From: an uncultured Collinsella sp.
GTDB lineage: Bacteria; Actinomycetota; Coriobacteriia; Coriobacteriales; Coriobacteriaceae
Length of the DNA stretch: 64,000 bases
Direction of reading: 5' to 3'
NCBI GenBank assembly: GCA_900546375.1
Contig: URCO01000007.1
Coordinates: 3,303-67,302 of the forward strand
The notes under the pieces were generated by a model. The model had not been told where the DNA came from. It saw nothing but the letters and a program-made list of their open reading frames with translations, and made no database searches. Shown one piece after another: positions 9,112 to 19,450 of this stretch (positions within the stretch are counted from its first letter, which is position 1; every line of letters starts with the position of its first letter). Both the position numbers and the translations under genes were made by a program.

Positions 9112-9918
9112 CTACCAAACGCGTGCGATAGCGAGACCATCGACTGCTGCGGCGCCGGCACGCTTGAGCTCCGCCGAGGCTGCTGCCATGGTCGCGCCCG
9201 TGGTAATGACATCATCGATGAGCAGCAGGCGCTTGCCCCGCACATCCTCGACCGTCTCGTACATGCCCCGGGCATGTTCCCGGCGCTCATCGCGACCGAG
9301 CTCGCGCTGGTCACCGTGACCGTATTTGACCAGGGCGTCCAGCAACGGGACACCCGAAAGATCGCAAAACGAGCGCGCGATTGCTTCCATATGGTCGAAT
9401 CCACGCCGCCGAAACGCTGCCGCAGTCGCGGGCACAAATACCACCGCGTCGGCGCCGGACAGCACACTGCCGTAGCGATCGGAGGCTGCCACCTGGGCAT
9501 GCAAGGCGGTGTCGTAGAGTAGCTCCGCCAGATACGGTGCCAGACGGCGCTCGCCCGCATCCTTGTACGCCTTGATGATGCGCGGCAGCGGATGTGCATA
9601 GACGGCACACGCCAGACAGCGATCGAGCGCCTCGGCCATTGCCGAAGACGCGCCCTCGACCGAGCACTCGGTACACAGCAAATCCCCAAACGGGGCACCA
9701 CATCGGATGCAGCTATGGCACGGGTCGATGAGCGCAAACGAGGCCAGACAATCCTGGCAGATCAGCACACCGGAGCGCTCGCAGCCGGCGCATCGCGTGG
9801 GCAACAACGCCTCGAGCGCCTCGTATGTCACGTGCTCGGCAAGCGGTAGCAATTCGTCCGCAAACGGTAGGACACCTGCGCCCTGCAAGCGAGTCAATAC
9901 GTTCAGATGTCTCTTCAT
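9112..9918 (-). CDS. comF: ComF family protein (zinc ribbon + phosphoribosyltransferase domain)
   Basis: CAGC..CQDC..CIRC..CTEC; RRRGFDH; LLIDDVITTGAT. Confidence 0.9.
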   Translation of the reverse strand: MKRHLNVLTRLQGAGVLPFADELLPLAEHVTYEALEALLPTRCAGCERSGVLICQDCLASFALIDPCHSCIRCGAPFGDLLCTECSVEGASSAMAEALDRCLACAVYAHPLPRIIKAYKDAGERRLAPYLAELLYDTALHAQVAASDRYGSVLSGADAVVFVPATAAAFRRRGFDHMEAIARSFCDLSGVPLLDALVKYGHGDQRELGRDERREHARGMYETVEDVRGKRLLLIDDVITTGATMAAASAELKRAGAAAVDGLAIARVW

Positions 9919-10020
9919 GACACAACCCTCCCTACGTTCGGTCGCAGGGAGGGTTGTTGATTCAGCGTTATGATACCCCGATGCGCTCGGGGCAAGGCGG
10001 GCTAAATCCGCTCGCGGGCG

Positions 10021-11721
10021 TTATTCGCCGGTAGGCGGTTGCGGTGCGGACGAGGTGTGGGTCGAGCCTTCGCCGCCGTCCTGGCGCGGCTTGCGGGAGC
10101 GACGGCGGCGACGGCGCTTTTGACCCTGGTCGGCCGAGCCCTCGCCACCGCGATCCTCGCGCGGCTCGCGCTCGTCGCGAGCGGCGCCACGCGAAGCCTT
10201 GGCAGCCGCTCCCCCGCCATCCCCGGGACGACGGCGCGTGACCTTGACTTCGCCATCCGAAACCTGATCGGCCACAGAAGGAACCGAGGGCTTCTGCTGC
10301 GTGCCCGAGGAATGGCGACGACGCGGACGTGGCATGCGCTCCTCCTCACCACGCGGCTTGCCGCCCTTGTCGGCAGGCGCATCGGAACCCGAGCCACCCT
10401 TGGGAGCAGCACCGGCCTCGCGAGCGGCTGCAGCGCGGAAGGCGTCCTCGCGCTCCTCGCTCGACAGGTGACGGCGACGACGGCGCGTGGGGTTCATGCC
10501 ACCGCCGCGGTTTTGCTGCTGGGGCTGCTGAGCCTCGCGCTCGCGGGAGGAGTTCTTGCCTGCGGGAGCGGCCTCGCCGGCATCGCCCGAACCCGCGCGC
10601 TTGCGGCGGCGACGACCACCGGCTGCCTCCTCGGCCTCGGGCGCCTCGACCTTGCCGCGGCCCTTTCCGCGGCCACGGCCCTCGCCCTGGCCCTGACCGG
10701 AGCGAGCATCGGATTCGGCATCGCGGCGACGGCGCTTGGGCATCGACGTGCCGGCCAGACGGTCGGCGCTCGACAGGCCATCGCCCACATCGACGCCATT
10801 CTCGCGATCGAGCTCCATGAGCGCCAGGCGCATCTCGGGCGACTCGATGCGCTCGAGCACGTCACGCGTCACGCAGTCGGGGCGGCAGTTGCAGCCCTGC
10901 TCGGCGGCCTTCTTTTTGCAGCCCTCCGAGCACGTCATATCGGCCAGGTTGACCTTAAAGACCTTGCCGTTCTCCAGGCGCAGCACCAGCTGCTCACGCG
11001 GCGTGTCATATTCCTGGATACGCGCCTTGCCGAGCGGCGTATCGATAAGCGTCTTCTTTTTGGGCGCGCGGCTCTTAAAGTCCTTGTACGCCTCGAACTC
11101 ATAGCGCAGGCAGCACATCAGGCGGCCGCAAACGCCGCTGATCTTGGACGAGTTGAGCGGCAGGTCCTGCTCTTTTGCCATGCGAATCGAGACAGGCTCA
11201 AACTGTCCGCCAAAGCGCGTGCAGCAGAGCTCCTGTCCGCATTGGGCATAGCCGCCCACCAGGCGGGTCTCATCGCGCACGCCGATCTGACGCATGTCGA
11301 CGCGAATGTGCAGCGTCGAGGACAGGTCCTTGACGAGCTGACGAAAATCGACGCGCTCCTCGGCTGCAAAGTAGAACACGGCCTTCTCGCCGCCAAACAG
11401 GTACTCGACGCCCACCGGCTTCATCTCGAGGTCGAGCTCCTTGACCAGGCGGCGGAAATCGATCATCGCCTCGTCGCCCTGGATGGCCAGGTCGTCGGCA
11501 AGCTGCAGGTCGATGTCGCTCGCCACGCGCAGCACGGGCTTGAGCGGCTGGCCGATCTCATCTTGCGGCACCTCGAAGGGATCGGCCGTGACCAGGCCGA
11601 TCTCGGTTCCGCGCTCGGTGGAGCAAATGGCATAATCGGCCTCGAGGATATCCAGATCCTGCGGGTCGAACCACAGGTCGCGCGAGGCGTAGGTAAACTT
11701 AACGGGTACGACTAACGGCAT
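10021..11721 (-). CDS. ricT: PSP1-domain protein (RicT/YaaT) with long Arg/Gly-rich disordered tail
   Basis: RVDFRQLVKDL, RQIGVRDE, CGQELCC, SIRMAKEQ, KISGVCGRLMCCLRYE; tmk-holB-yaaT synteny. Confidence 0.85.
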   Translation of the reverse strand: MPLVVPVKFTYASRDLWFDPQDLDILEADYAICSTERGTEIGLVTADPFEVPQDEIGQPLKPVLRVASDIDLQLADDLAIQGDEAMIDFRRLVKELDLEMKPVGVEYLFGGEKAVFYFAAEERVDFRQLVKDLSSTLHIRVDMRQIGVRDETRLVGGYAQCGQELCCTRFGGQFEPVSIRMAKEQDLPLNSSKISGVCGRLMCCLRYEFEAYKDFKSRAPKKKTLIDTPLGKARIQEYDTPREQLVLRLENGKVFKVNLADMTCSEGCKKKAAEQGCNCRPDCVTRDVLERIESPEMRLALMELDRENGVDVGDGLSSADRLAGTSMPKRRRRDAESDARSGQGQGEGRGRGKGRGKVEAPEAEEAAGGRRRRKRAGSGDAGEAAPAGKNSSREREAQQPQQQNRGGGMNPTRRRRRHLSSEEREDAFRAAAAREAGAAPKGGSGSDAPADKGGKPRGEEERMPRPRRRHSSGTQQKPSVPSVADQVSDGEVKVTRRRPGDGGGAAAKASRGAARDEREPREDRGGEGSADQGQKRRRRRRSRKPRQDGGEGSTHTSSAPQPPTGE

Positions 11722-12839
11722 TTCAGTGCCTTCCTGATATCGAACAGCATGACCTCGATGGCCAGCTGGGGAGTAACGTTTCTGGCGATGTTGCGCTCGG
11801 CGGTCGCGACCGCCTCGAGCGCCCGGGTGGCACCCGCAACATTCGTCGCGGCGGCAAGCCGCCCGATCGTGTCGCGTACGTCTTCGTTCACGACGTCGGC
11901 CGCCTCGTCCTGAAGTGTCAGCAGCACGTCGCGCATGAGCGTCCGCGCGCTCGCCAGCGCTTCCATGATACCCGAACGTTCGCGCGCGTTGAGTTCGCGC
12001 TTGTTGCGGTCCTCAAGCAGCTTCAATGCTCCACGTGACAGGTAGTCGGCATTTTGCTCGAGCACCTTTTCCTGCGTGGACTTGACCTCGGCGAGCGGCG
12101 CCTTAACGGCGACGATGAGCGACTTGGCGCGACTGAGCACATCGGCCTCATCGGCAGCGATGAGCGAGTCGATGGCGCGGACCATCTGGCGGCGAGCATC
12201 CTGGCGCTCGGCACTCTTAAGGAACTCGATACCGCGTGTGGGGCTTCCCGCCACGGCGACCGCCATGCGGCAACGCGCGAGGTCCTGACCCGTCGCGCGA
12301 CTCACGGCACGCGCGGCCACGGCGGGCGACACCAGCCGAAACGGCACGCACTGGCAGCGGCTCACGATGGTGGGCAGCATCACGTCTGCCGAGGTGCCCA
12401 GCAAGATGAACATAACGCCCTCGGGCGGCTCCTCGAGTGTCTTGAGCAGTGCGTTGGCGGTGTTGGCGCGCAGCTGCTCGGCACGGTCGATGATGTAGAC
12501 CTTGGCCTTGGCGCGGATGGGCGCCAGCGGCACGTCGTCGAGCAGCTCGCGGGTCTGGGCAATGAGGTAGCCCGTGGCGCTCTCGGGCGTGTAATAGTGC
12601 ACGTCGGGATGCGTGTGCCGAGCAACGCGCACGCAGCTGTCGCATGCGCCGCAGCCGTCCTGCTCGCACAGGAAAGCTTGGGCGAGCGCCCAAGCGGCAT
12701 CGAGTTTGCCGGCGCCGGGAGCGCCTAAAAACAGATAGGCGTGCGATGCGCGGCCGCTGGCGACGGCGTTGGTCAAAAAATCGCGCACGCGCTCTTGGGT
12801 GTCGAGCTTGGCCAGCAGGCTTGCCTGAGCGGGGGCCAT
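11712..12839 (-). CDS. holB: DNA polymerase III subunit delta'
   Basis: SHAYLFLG..GAGK, CGACDSC..HPD, ANALLKTLEEPP, LPTIVSRCQ. Confidence 0.9.
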   Translation of the reverse strand: MAPAQASLLAKLDTQERVRDFLTNAVASGRASHAYLFLGAPGAGKLDAAWALAQAFLCEQDGCGACDSCVRVARHTHPDVHYYTPESATGYLIAQTRELLDDVPLAPIRAKAKVYIIDRAEQLRANTANALLKTLEEPPEGVMFILLGTSADVMLPTIVSRCQCVPFRLVSPAVAARAVSRATGQDLARCRMAVAVAGSPTRGIEFLKSAERQDARRQMVRAIDSLIAADEADVLSRAKSLIVAVKAPLAEVKSTQEKVLEQNADYLSRGALKLLEDRNKRELNARERSGIMEALASARTLMRDVLLTLQDEAADVVNEDVRDTIGRLAAATNVAGATRALEAVATAERNIARNVTPQLAIEVMLFDIRKALKCR

Positions 12840-12840
12840 G

Positions 12841-13524
12841 TTACTCGGCCTCCTTGGCAAGCGCGGCGGCGACGGCGTCTTGCGGAATGTCGAGACCGTA
12901 CGCGCGAACCTGCTCGACCGTCTTCTCGAAGACTTCCTCGATGGGCGCGGTGGCGTCGATGAGCTTTACGCGATTTGGCTCCTCGGCGGCAATGGCGCAG
13001 AATCCCTGGTAAACGCGCTCTTGGAATGCCATGCCTTTTGCCTCCATGCGGTCGGCCGCGCCACGAGCTGCCATGCGTAGCGCCGCCTGCTCGGGCGTGA
13101 TGTGATAGACGAGCGTGAGCGCCGGGTGCGTCCCCGCGACGGCCAGGTTGTTGGCATCGCGCACCATCTGGCGATCGAGGCCATCGGCAAACGCCTGGTA
13201 GCAGGTCGTGGAATCGTAGAAACGGTCGCACAGGACCACCTTGCCGGCCGCGAGGGCGGGAGCTATGACCTCGTGCACCAACTGGGCGCGCGCTGCCTCG
13301 TAGAGCAGCAACTCGCAGGTGTCGCCCATCGCCGTATTGGCGGGGTCGAGCAGCAGAGCACGGATCTTTTCGCTGATGGCGGTGCCGCCCGGCTCGCGCA
13401 GGCTCACAACCTGGTAGCCAGCGAGTTCGAGCGCGCGGGCAAGCAGACGCGCCTGCGTGGACTTGCCGGCACCATCGACGCCCTCGAGTGTGATAAAGCT
13501 ATGTTGAGCGGGCTCAAAAGCCAT
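12841..13524 (-). CDS. tmk: Thymidylate kinase
   Basis: FITLEGVDGAGKSTQ, REPGGT, LCDRFYDS. Confidence 0.95.
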   Translation of the reverse strand: MAFEPAQHSFITLEGVDGAGKSTQARLLARALELAGYQVVSLREPGGTAISEKIRALLLDPANTAMGDTCELLLYEAARAQLVHEVIAPALAAGKVVLCDRFYDSTTCYQAFADGLDRQMVRDANNLAVAGTHPALTLVYHITPEQAALRMAARGAADRMEAKGMAFQERVYQGFCAIAAEEPNRVKLIDATAPIEEVFEKTVEQVRAYGLDIPQDAVAAALAKEAE

Positions 13525-13611
13525 GAGCGCAGCCCCTTCCTACAAGGCGCGTAAATGCAGATATATCAACCAAGCCATGATACCCCAGGGGCAGGCGCGC
13601 CCCAAATCGGG

Positions 13612-13712
13612 CCTAGTCATTGGGTAGTCATTGGGGACGCTCTTAAATGACTAGGCGACAGCTAGGAACGTTCCTAAAGTGCCGGCAGAAAAGGAACGTC
13701 CCTAACTGCCGA
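13612..13712. repeat. Cluster of GGAACGTCCC-core REP-like repeats
   Basis: TAGTCATT-GGGGACGCTCTT-AAATGACTA hairpin plus two AGGAACGTYCCTAA..TGCCG units. Confidence 0.7.
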
Positions 13713-13772
13713 CTTTTTTGAGCGCTGGGTATAATCGTCGTATTGCATTGAAATGTGGCGAAAGGAGTGGCA

Positions 13773-14747
13773 ATGTCTCGGTATTGCGCCTCGTGCGGCA
13801 AACTTCTTGCAGATGATGCCAAGTTCTGCACCTCATGCGGTGCACCCGTTGAGCAGACAACCGCAAGCAATGGCCAACCCGCGTTTGAGCAGACCGGCTT
13901 CCTCGATACGCCGCAAGCTAAGCCGGACGACCCCCTCGCCTATCGCCCCGACCCCGCCGCCAGCCCCGCAGCGGTCGAAACGACGCAGCGCATACCCGTC
14001 GCGGACACCCCGCCCCAACAGCAACCGGCATCTACGTACGCGCCTGATTCACCGCAGGCCCCCGCCGCCAAAAAGAGCAGCACCAAGGCGCTTATCGCCG
14101 TTATCGTTGTGCTCGTGGCAATTATCATCGCCTTGGTCATCTTTTTTGTGATCAAGCCTTTCGACAACGCCGCCACGCAAACGACTGCCGAGATTACTAA
14201 GCTGCACCATGATGTTGACGATGATGACCTCAATCCTCTCGACGACCCCAATAGCCTTTTTGACGATGACGACGAGGATGGCAGCCAGGCGACCCTCTCC
14301 GAGCAAAACCTCTACCGTCACCTGAGCGAATACTACGATCTGCTCGAAGATCTCGATAGCCAGGTCCGCGCCTGCGCGCAGGCCTTCAATGGCAGCTATC
14401 TGGAAGAAGATCGCACCACCCGTCAAAATCTCGCCGACGTCGCCGAGCGAACGGAGGACACCATCGAGCAGTATTACGATATCGTCGAGGACCTGGACGT
14501 CCCCATGAGCTCCAAGAACTACAGCTCTTGGAAAGACATCGTTGCCCTGTATGACGACCTGGACCACCGCATCGACGCGATCTGCGATGCCTGGGAGATC
14601 AGCCTAAAGTACGCAAAGCCCGCGGACCATAAGGACGAAATCGTGGCGCCGCTGTCGCGCGACAACGTGGCGGGCACCAATGACAACAAGTACCGTCAGG
14701 ACTTTGAGGACCGCTATCCCAGCGCCAAGCCCGTCGAGGTGAAATAA
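13773..14747 (+). CDS. Zinc-ribbon domain membrane protein
   Basis: CASCG..FCTSCG zinc ribbon, Pro-rich linker, single TM; AAAGGAG RBS and GGGTATAAT upstream. Confidence 0.8.
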   Translation: MSRYCASCGKLLADDAKFCTSCGAPVEQTTASNGQPAFEQTGFLDTPQAKPDDPLAYRPDPAASPAAVETTQRIPVADTPPQQQPASTYAPDSPQAPAAKKSSTKALIAVIVVLVAIIIALVIFFVIKPFDNAATQTTAEITKLHHDVDDDDLNPLDDPNSLFDDDDEDGSQATLSEQNLYRHLSEYYDLLEDLDSQVRACAQAFNGSYLEEDRTTRQNLADVAERTEDTIEQYYDIVEDLDVPMSSKNYSSWKDIVALYDDLDHRIDAICDAWEISLKYAKPADHKDEIVAPLSRDNVAGTNDNKYRQDFEDRYPSAKPVEVK

Positions 14748-14764
14748 TCCCAACAATCGATCAA

Positions 14765-14836
14765 AAACTTGCGGTGAAATAGGGATTGATTAGGCCTTTT
14801 GCCAGCAAAAACAGTCCCTATTTCACCGCAACTTAG
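14765..14836. repeat. 72-bp palindromic element, copy 1
   Basis: TTGCGGTGAAATAGGGA...TCCCTATTTCACCGCAA arms; homologous to 58228-58300 and 59814-59884. Confidence 0.85.
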
Positions 14837-14911
14837 AAGTGGGGCCGGGCTCGCATTTGCATTTGCGCGCCCGGCCCCACCGTGTCTATATGTGCTCGGA
14901 TATGTGCTCGG

Positions 14912-17503
14912 TTACTTGTCGGCAGCGGTCTTTTTGGTAGTCGAATTCTTGGCCGTCGTCTTTTTGGCGGTCGTCTTCTTGGCAGCAGTCTTCTTGGCTG
15001 CCGTGGTCTTCTTCGTCGTGCTCGCCTTGGTCGCAGCCTTGCGGCCGCGGGCGGGCTTCTTCTCCTTGGTCGGGCAATCCATGTTGACGCAGATACGCCA
15101 CGGACCGCGCGCCGTGTTGACCACCACGATGGGGGCGCCGCACTCGGGGCAGGTCTCGCCCGTCGCCTCGAGCTTGCCGCGCGCCGGCAGCGGATAGCTC
15201 ACGCCGCAGTCATCGTAGTTGGTGCAGCGGATAAAGCGCTTGCCGCTCTTCTCGCTCTTGTGTGCAATCAGATCACCATGGCGTCCGGCCTCGGCGCACA
15301 CCTTGCACTCGCCCACCTTAAGGTCGGGCTCGTAGTTGGTGGGGCACGTCGGGTTCACGCAGATCTCGAAGGCCTTCTGGCGGAACGGCTGGCACTTAAT
15401 GCGCGGTGCACCGCATTCGGGGCACACGGCCGCCTCGCCCTCGAGCGGGCTCACCTTGACGCCGCTCGGCACCGGATAGGTCACGTCGCAGTCGGGCCAG
15501 CCCATGCAGCCGATAAAGCTGCCGCGGGTCTTGGCGCTCGTCTTCATAACCAAGTCCTTGCCGCACTTGGGGCAGGCGCCCACGCGCGCATCGGCCGTGA
15601 CGGCGTCGCTGATGGCGTCGCCCAGCTCCTGCGTATGCTTGAGCAGCTCCTCGAGCACGCCGGCCAGCAGCGCGCGCGAGTGCGTCACGACATGCTCTTC
15701 GGTGTCCTCGCCGCGCTCCACGCGGGTCATGTCGCCGTCGAGCTCGCTGGTCATATCGGGGCTCGTGATGCGCGGGGCAAACTGCGACAGCGCGTCAATG
15801 ATGGCAATGCCCAGCTGGCTCGGCTCAACGGGATCGTTTTTGAGATAGCGCACGGCGTACAGGCGCTCGATGATGCTCGCGCGCGTGGACTTGGTACCCA
15901 GGCCGCGCTTTTCCATCTCCTGCACGAGCTTGCCCTGGCTGTAGCGCGCGGGCGGCTCGGTCTGCTTGGCCTCGAGCTTAATGTCGAACACGTCGACCGT
16001 ATCGCCCTGCTCCAGCGGCGGCATCTGCTCGTCGCGCTTAAGGCCGTACGGGTATGCCTCGCGGAAACCGGGGGTCGCGAGCACATCGCCCGAAGCCACG
16101 AACGGCTCGCCGTTCACATCGAGCTCGAGCTTGGTGTTCTCGATGGTCGCAGGCCCCATGAGCGTCGCCAGGAAGCGGCGGGCGATGAGGTCGTAGAGCT
16201 TGCGCTGGCCGCCATCGAGCGCGGACGGGTCGCCCTCGCCCGTAGGATAGATCGGCGGGTGGTCGGTGGTCTCGACCTTGCCGCGCGTGGGCTTCATGGG
16301 ACCGGCGAGCACCTTTTTGCACACGGGCGCCAGCGCCGGGTTGATCTTTGCCAGGTCGCTCACCACGGCGCCCAGATCGAGCGTCGCGGGGTACACGGTG
16401 TTGTCGACACGCGGGTAGCTGATGAGGCCGGCCATGTAGAGGGACTCGGCGATGCGCATCGTACGCGCAGGCGAGATGCCCTCGGCCGCGGCGGCAGCCT
16501 GCAGCGAGGTGGTCGCAAACGGCGTGGGCGGCTGCTGCTTACGCGAGCGCTTGGTCACCGCGGCAACGGTCGCCGTCGTAGCGCCGTCAACGTGGCCGTA
16601 CGCTGTCTCGGCAGCATCCTTGTCGGTAAAGCGTGCCGTCTTGTGCGCAATCTTAAAGCGGTCGTCCTCGGCAGCACCCTGCGCGGCGCCCATGCCACGG
16701 ATCTGCCAATAGTCCTCGGGCACAAACGCCATGCGCTCGCGCTCGCGCTCGACCACCAGGGCAAGCGTCGGCGTCTGCACACGGCCGGCAGAGCGCACGT
16801 TACCAAAGCCGCCAAACTTGGCGAGCGTCAGGTAGCGCGTGAGCACCGCACCCCAAATGAGGTCGATGTGCTGGCGGCTCTCGCCGGCGTCGGCCAGATT
16901 CTGGTCGAGCGAGACGAGATTATCGAAGGCCTGCGTGATCTCGGCCTTGGTAAACGAAGAGTACTGGGCGCGGGCAACCGGCAAGTCCGGCGCCACCTCG
17001 CGCACCTTGTTGAGGGCGTCCGAACCGATTAGCTCGCCCTCGCGATCGAAGTCCGTGGCGATAATGACGCTGTCAGACTTTTTAGCGAGGTTCTTGAGCG
17101 AACGAATGAGTTCCTTCTCGGCCGGTAGCTTAATGACGGGCGCCCAGGTGAGGTAAGGCAGGCTCTCGAGTTTCCAGCCCTTGATTGAGATCCCATCGGC
17201 AAGAAACGGCTTGCGCTTGGTGTCGTAGGGCGGACGCGCCAGGCCATCGGGTATGTCGGCCGGCAGCATCTCGCCGTCCTCGGTGACCGAATACCAGCCC
17301 AGCTTTTTATCGAACAGCACGCTGTCGCAAAAATCGGGCGCTAGGATGTGACCGGCAAGGCCGATGGTCACGCACTCCTCGCCCTTCCACTCAAAACGGT
17401 AGATGGCGGTGTTGTACACCTTGTCCTTTTTGGGCTTGCCCGTGGACAGACGCTCGGCGATCTGACGCGCGGCGTCGTTTTTCTCGGCGATGATGAGCTT
17501 CAA
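14912..17503 (-). CDS. topA: DNA topoisomerase I (type IA) with C4 zinc ribbons and Lys/Thr/Ala-rich tail
   Basis: LIIAEK, ATDFDREGE, SAGRVQTPTL, ISYPRVD, HPPIYPT; repeated CxxC; KKTTAKK tail. Confidence 0.92.
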   Translation of the reverse strand: MKLIIAEKNDAARQIAERLSTGKPKKDKVYNTAIYRFEWKGEECVTIGLAGHILAPDFCDSVLFDKKLGWYSVTEDGEMLPADIPDGLARPPYDTKRKPFLADGISIKGWKLESLPYLTWAPVIKLPAEKELIRSLKNLAKKSDSVIIATDFDREGELIGSDALNKVREVAPDLPVARAQYSSFTKAEITQAFDNLVSLDQNLADAGESRQHIDLIWGAVLTRYLTLAKFGGFGNVRSAGRVQTPTLALVVERERERMAFVPEDYWQIRGMGAAQGAAEDDRFKIAHKTARFTDKDAAETAYGHVDGATTATVAAVTKRSRKQQPPTPFATTSLQAAAAAEGISPARTMRIAESLYMAGLISYPRVDNTVYPATLDLGAVVSDLAKINPALAPVCKKVLAGPMKPTRGKVETTDHPPIYPTGEGDPSALDGGQRKLYDLIARRFLATLMGPATIENTKLELDVNGEPFVASGDVLATPGFREAYPYGLKRDEQMPPLEQGDTVDVFDIKLEAKQTEPPARYSQGKLVQEMEKRGLGTKSTRASIIERLYAVRYLKNDPVEPSQLGIAIIDALSQFAPRITSPDMTSELDGDMTRVERGEDTEEHVVTHSRALLAGVLEELLKHTQELGDAISDAVTADARVGACPKCGKDLVMKTSAKTRGSFIGCMGWPDCDVTYPVPSGVKVSPLEGEAAVCPECGAPRIKCQPFRQKAFEICVNPTCPTNYEPDLKVGECKVCAEAGRHGDLIAHKSEKSGKRFIRCTNYDDCGVSYPLPARGKLEATGETCPECGAPIVVVNTARGPWRICVNMDCPTKEKKPARGRKAATKASTTKKTTAAKKTAAKKTTAKKTTAKNSTTKKTAADK

Positions 17504-17557
17504 AAGAGGCTCCTATCTCGTATCTCTGCGGCTACGCCCGCCCGTATGGCGGCCGAC

Positions 17558-18241
17558 TTACGCCCTTGCTTGCTCAATCTGCCCGATGAGCCAATCGCAC
17601 CAGGCATCCATGCCCTCGCCCTTGCGCGCGCTCACGGCAAACCGCGGCGCCTGTGGATTGAGGTCATCGAGTGTCTTAGTATACCTATCCATGTCAAAAT
17701 CGAAAGCCGGAGCCACGTCAACCTTGTTGAGCAGCTGCGCGCCGGCGTGTTGGAAGATGCCCGGGTACTTGATGGGCTTGTCGTCGCCCTCGGGCACCGA
17801 GAGGATCATGATGGACAGGTTCTCGCCCAGGTCAAAGTCGACTGGGCAGACCAGGTTACCCACGTTTTCGATAAAGATGACGTCGATGTTTTCCAGACCC
17901 ACAGCCTGGTCGAAGGCGTCAACGGCCTCCATGATCATGTTGCCCTCGAGGTGGCACAGGCCGCCCGTGTTGATTTGGATGGCGGGCATGCCGGCTTCCT
18001 TCATGGTGATGGCGTCGACGTCCGAGGCGATATCGCCCTCGATGACGGCGCAGCGCAAGCCGGCCTTGTCGCGCAGGCGCTCGTTGGTGCCCAGAATCGT
18101 AGTGGTCTTGCCCGAGCCAGGGCTCGACAGCACATTAATCACATAGGTGCCTGTCTCTTTAAATCGCTGTCGCAGCTGATCTGCCAGGCGCTCATTGCGC
18201 GACAGAATTGGCGATGCGATATCAATCGTTTTCTCGGCCAT
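17558..18241 (-). CDS. hypB: Hydrogenase nickel incorporation GTPase
   Basis: SSPGSGKTT, IEGDI, CHLE, ENVGNLVCP, EGDDKPIKYP, NKVD. Confidence 0.93.
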   Translation of the reverse strand: MAEKTIDIASPILSRNERLADQLRQRFKETGTYVINVLSSPGSGKTTTILGTNERLRDKAGLRCAVIEGDIASDVDAITMKEAGMPAIQINTGGLCHLEGNMIMEAVDAFDQAVGLENIDVIFIENVGNLVCPVDFDLGENLSIMILSVPEGDDKPIKYPGIFQHAGAQLLNKVDVAPAFDFDMDRYTKTLDDLNPQAPRFAVSARKGEGMDAWCDWLIGQIEQARA

Positions 18242-18295
18242 ACTCGGCGCTCCTTACTTCTACCATTTATACCCCGTCCCCAGGTTGCTGGCGGG

Positions 18296-18652
18296 CTAAT
18301 CGTCGGGGGTCTCGATCTCGATACTTGCGATGTCGAGTTCGCGGCCGTGCAGCAGACGCACGTTGGCGCCGCCACACTGGGGACAGCGACAATGGAAACG
18401 GTCGTGATCAAAGACCTCGCCGCAGTCCAGGCACTCGCTTTGTGGATGGACCTCCTCCACGGCAAGCTCGCAGCCGCGCGTGAGCGGGTCCTCGTCGCGA
18501 AACGTCTCCCAGGCAAAGTCGAGCGCCTCGCGCACGACCTCGGTCATATCCCCGATACGCAGCGTTACCAAAACGGCGCGCGAGGCCCCCGCCCCACGCG
18601 CCGCGCGAATCACTGTATCGAGTATGCCGTTGACAATGCCAACCTCGTGCAT
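18296..18652 (-). CDS. hypA: Hydrogenase nickel metallochaperone
   Basis: MHE N-terminus; CLDC..CPQC; GREL. Confidence 0.93.
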   Translation of the reverse strand: MHEVGIVNGILDTVIRAARGAGASRAVLVTLRIGDMTEVVREALDFAWETFRDEDPLTRGCELAVEEVHPQSECLDCGEVFDHDRFHCRCPQCGGANVRLLHGRELDIASIEIETPDD

Positions 18653-18658
18653 ACCGAT

Positions 18659-19450
18659 TTACTCCTCGTCGTCCTCATCGTCCGAGAACAGGTCCAGACG
18701 ACTCACAAACAGGCCCTCCTTGCCCTCGCGCGCGGTAATGACCACACGGGCGATGGCGAGCGAAATCTCGTAGAGCGAGAGCAGGGCGCCATACATGAGA
18801 CCCAGCGTAACGGGCGAGCCGTCGGGCGTGATCACAGCCGAACCCACGAGCAGGCCAACGTATACATAACGCCAGGCACCGCGGAAAGCAGCGTAGGACA
18901 CGATGTGGAAGACGGACAGATAGAAGATGATGAGCGGCAGCTCAAACGCCACGCCAAAGCCGATCATAAAGAGCAGCTCCATGTTGACGTAGTTCTCCAG
19001 ATCGGGCAGTGCCGTAGCGACGGCCGAGGTCTCGCCGATGAGCCACTCAAAGCCCGCAGGAATGATGATGAAGTAGCAGAAGATGGCACCCAGGAAGAAC
19101 AGCACCGTCGAGGCGAGCACCGTGGGCACGACCCACTTGCGCTCGTTGGGGCGAAGCGCCGGCAGGAAAAACGCCAGAATCTGCCAGATGATCATGGGCG
19201 TGCACATGACCACGGCCATCTTGATGGCCAGCGAGAAGCGCAAGCCAAAGCCGCCGAGCGTGGTAGTGATGTAGAACTTACCGTCCGGCACAAAGGAGCG
19301 GATGGGATCTTCCAGGATGTCGAGCACCACAGGCGTGGCGAAATACAGCACGATAGCGGCGGCGAACACCGACACGACCACGATGGTCAGGCGGCGACGG
19401 AGCTCTCCCAGGTGATCGAAGAGCGGCATACGCGCAGGTCCGATAGGCAT
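18659..19450 (-). CDS. tatC: Twin-arginine translocase subunit TatC
   Basis: MPLFDHLGELRRRL, FFLPAL..ERK, FELP, ITPDG. Confidence 0.93.
   Translation of the reverse strand: MPIGPARMPLFDHLGELRRRLTIVVVSVFAAAIVLYFATPVVLDILEDPIRSFVPDGKFYITTTLGGFGLRFSLAIKMAVVMCTPMIIWQILAFFLPALRPNERKWVVPTVLASTVLFFLGAIFCYFIIIPAGFEWLIGETSAVATALPDLENYVNMELLFMIGFGVAFELPLIIFYLSVFHIVSYAAFRGAWRYVYVGLLVGSAVITPDGSPVTLGLMYGALLSLYEISLAIARVVITAREGKEGLFVSRLDLFSDDEDDEE

Noticed and set aside
9102..9737. N-terminal extension of the 582-aa ORF 7989..9737
   Set aside because: It overlaps comF in another frame; the real start is more plausibly GTG at 9101.
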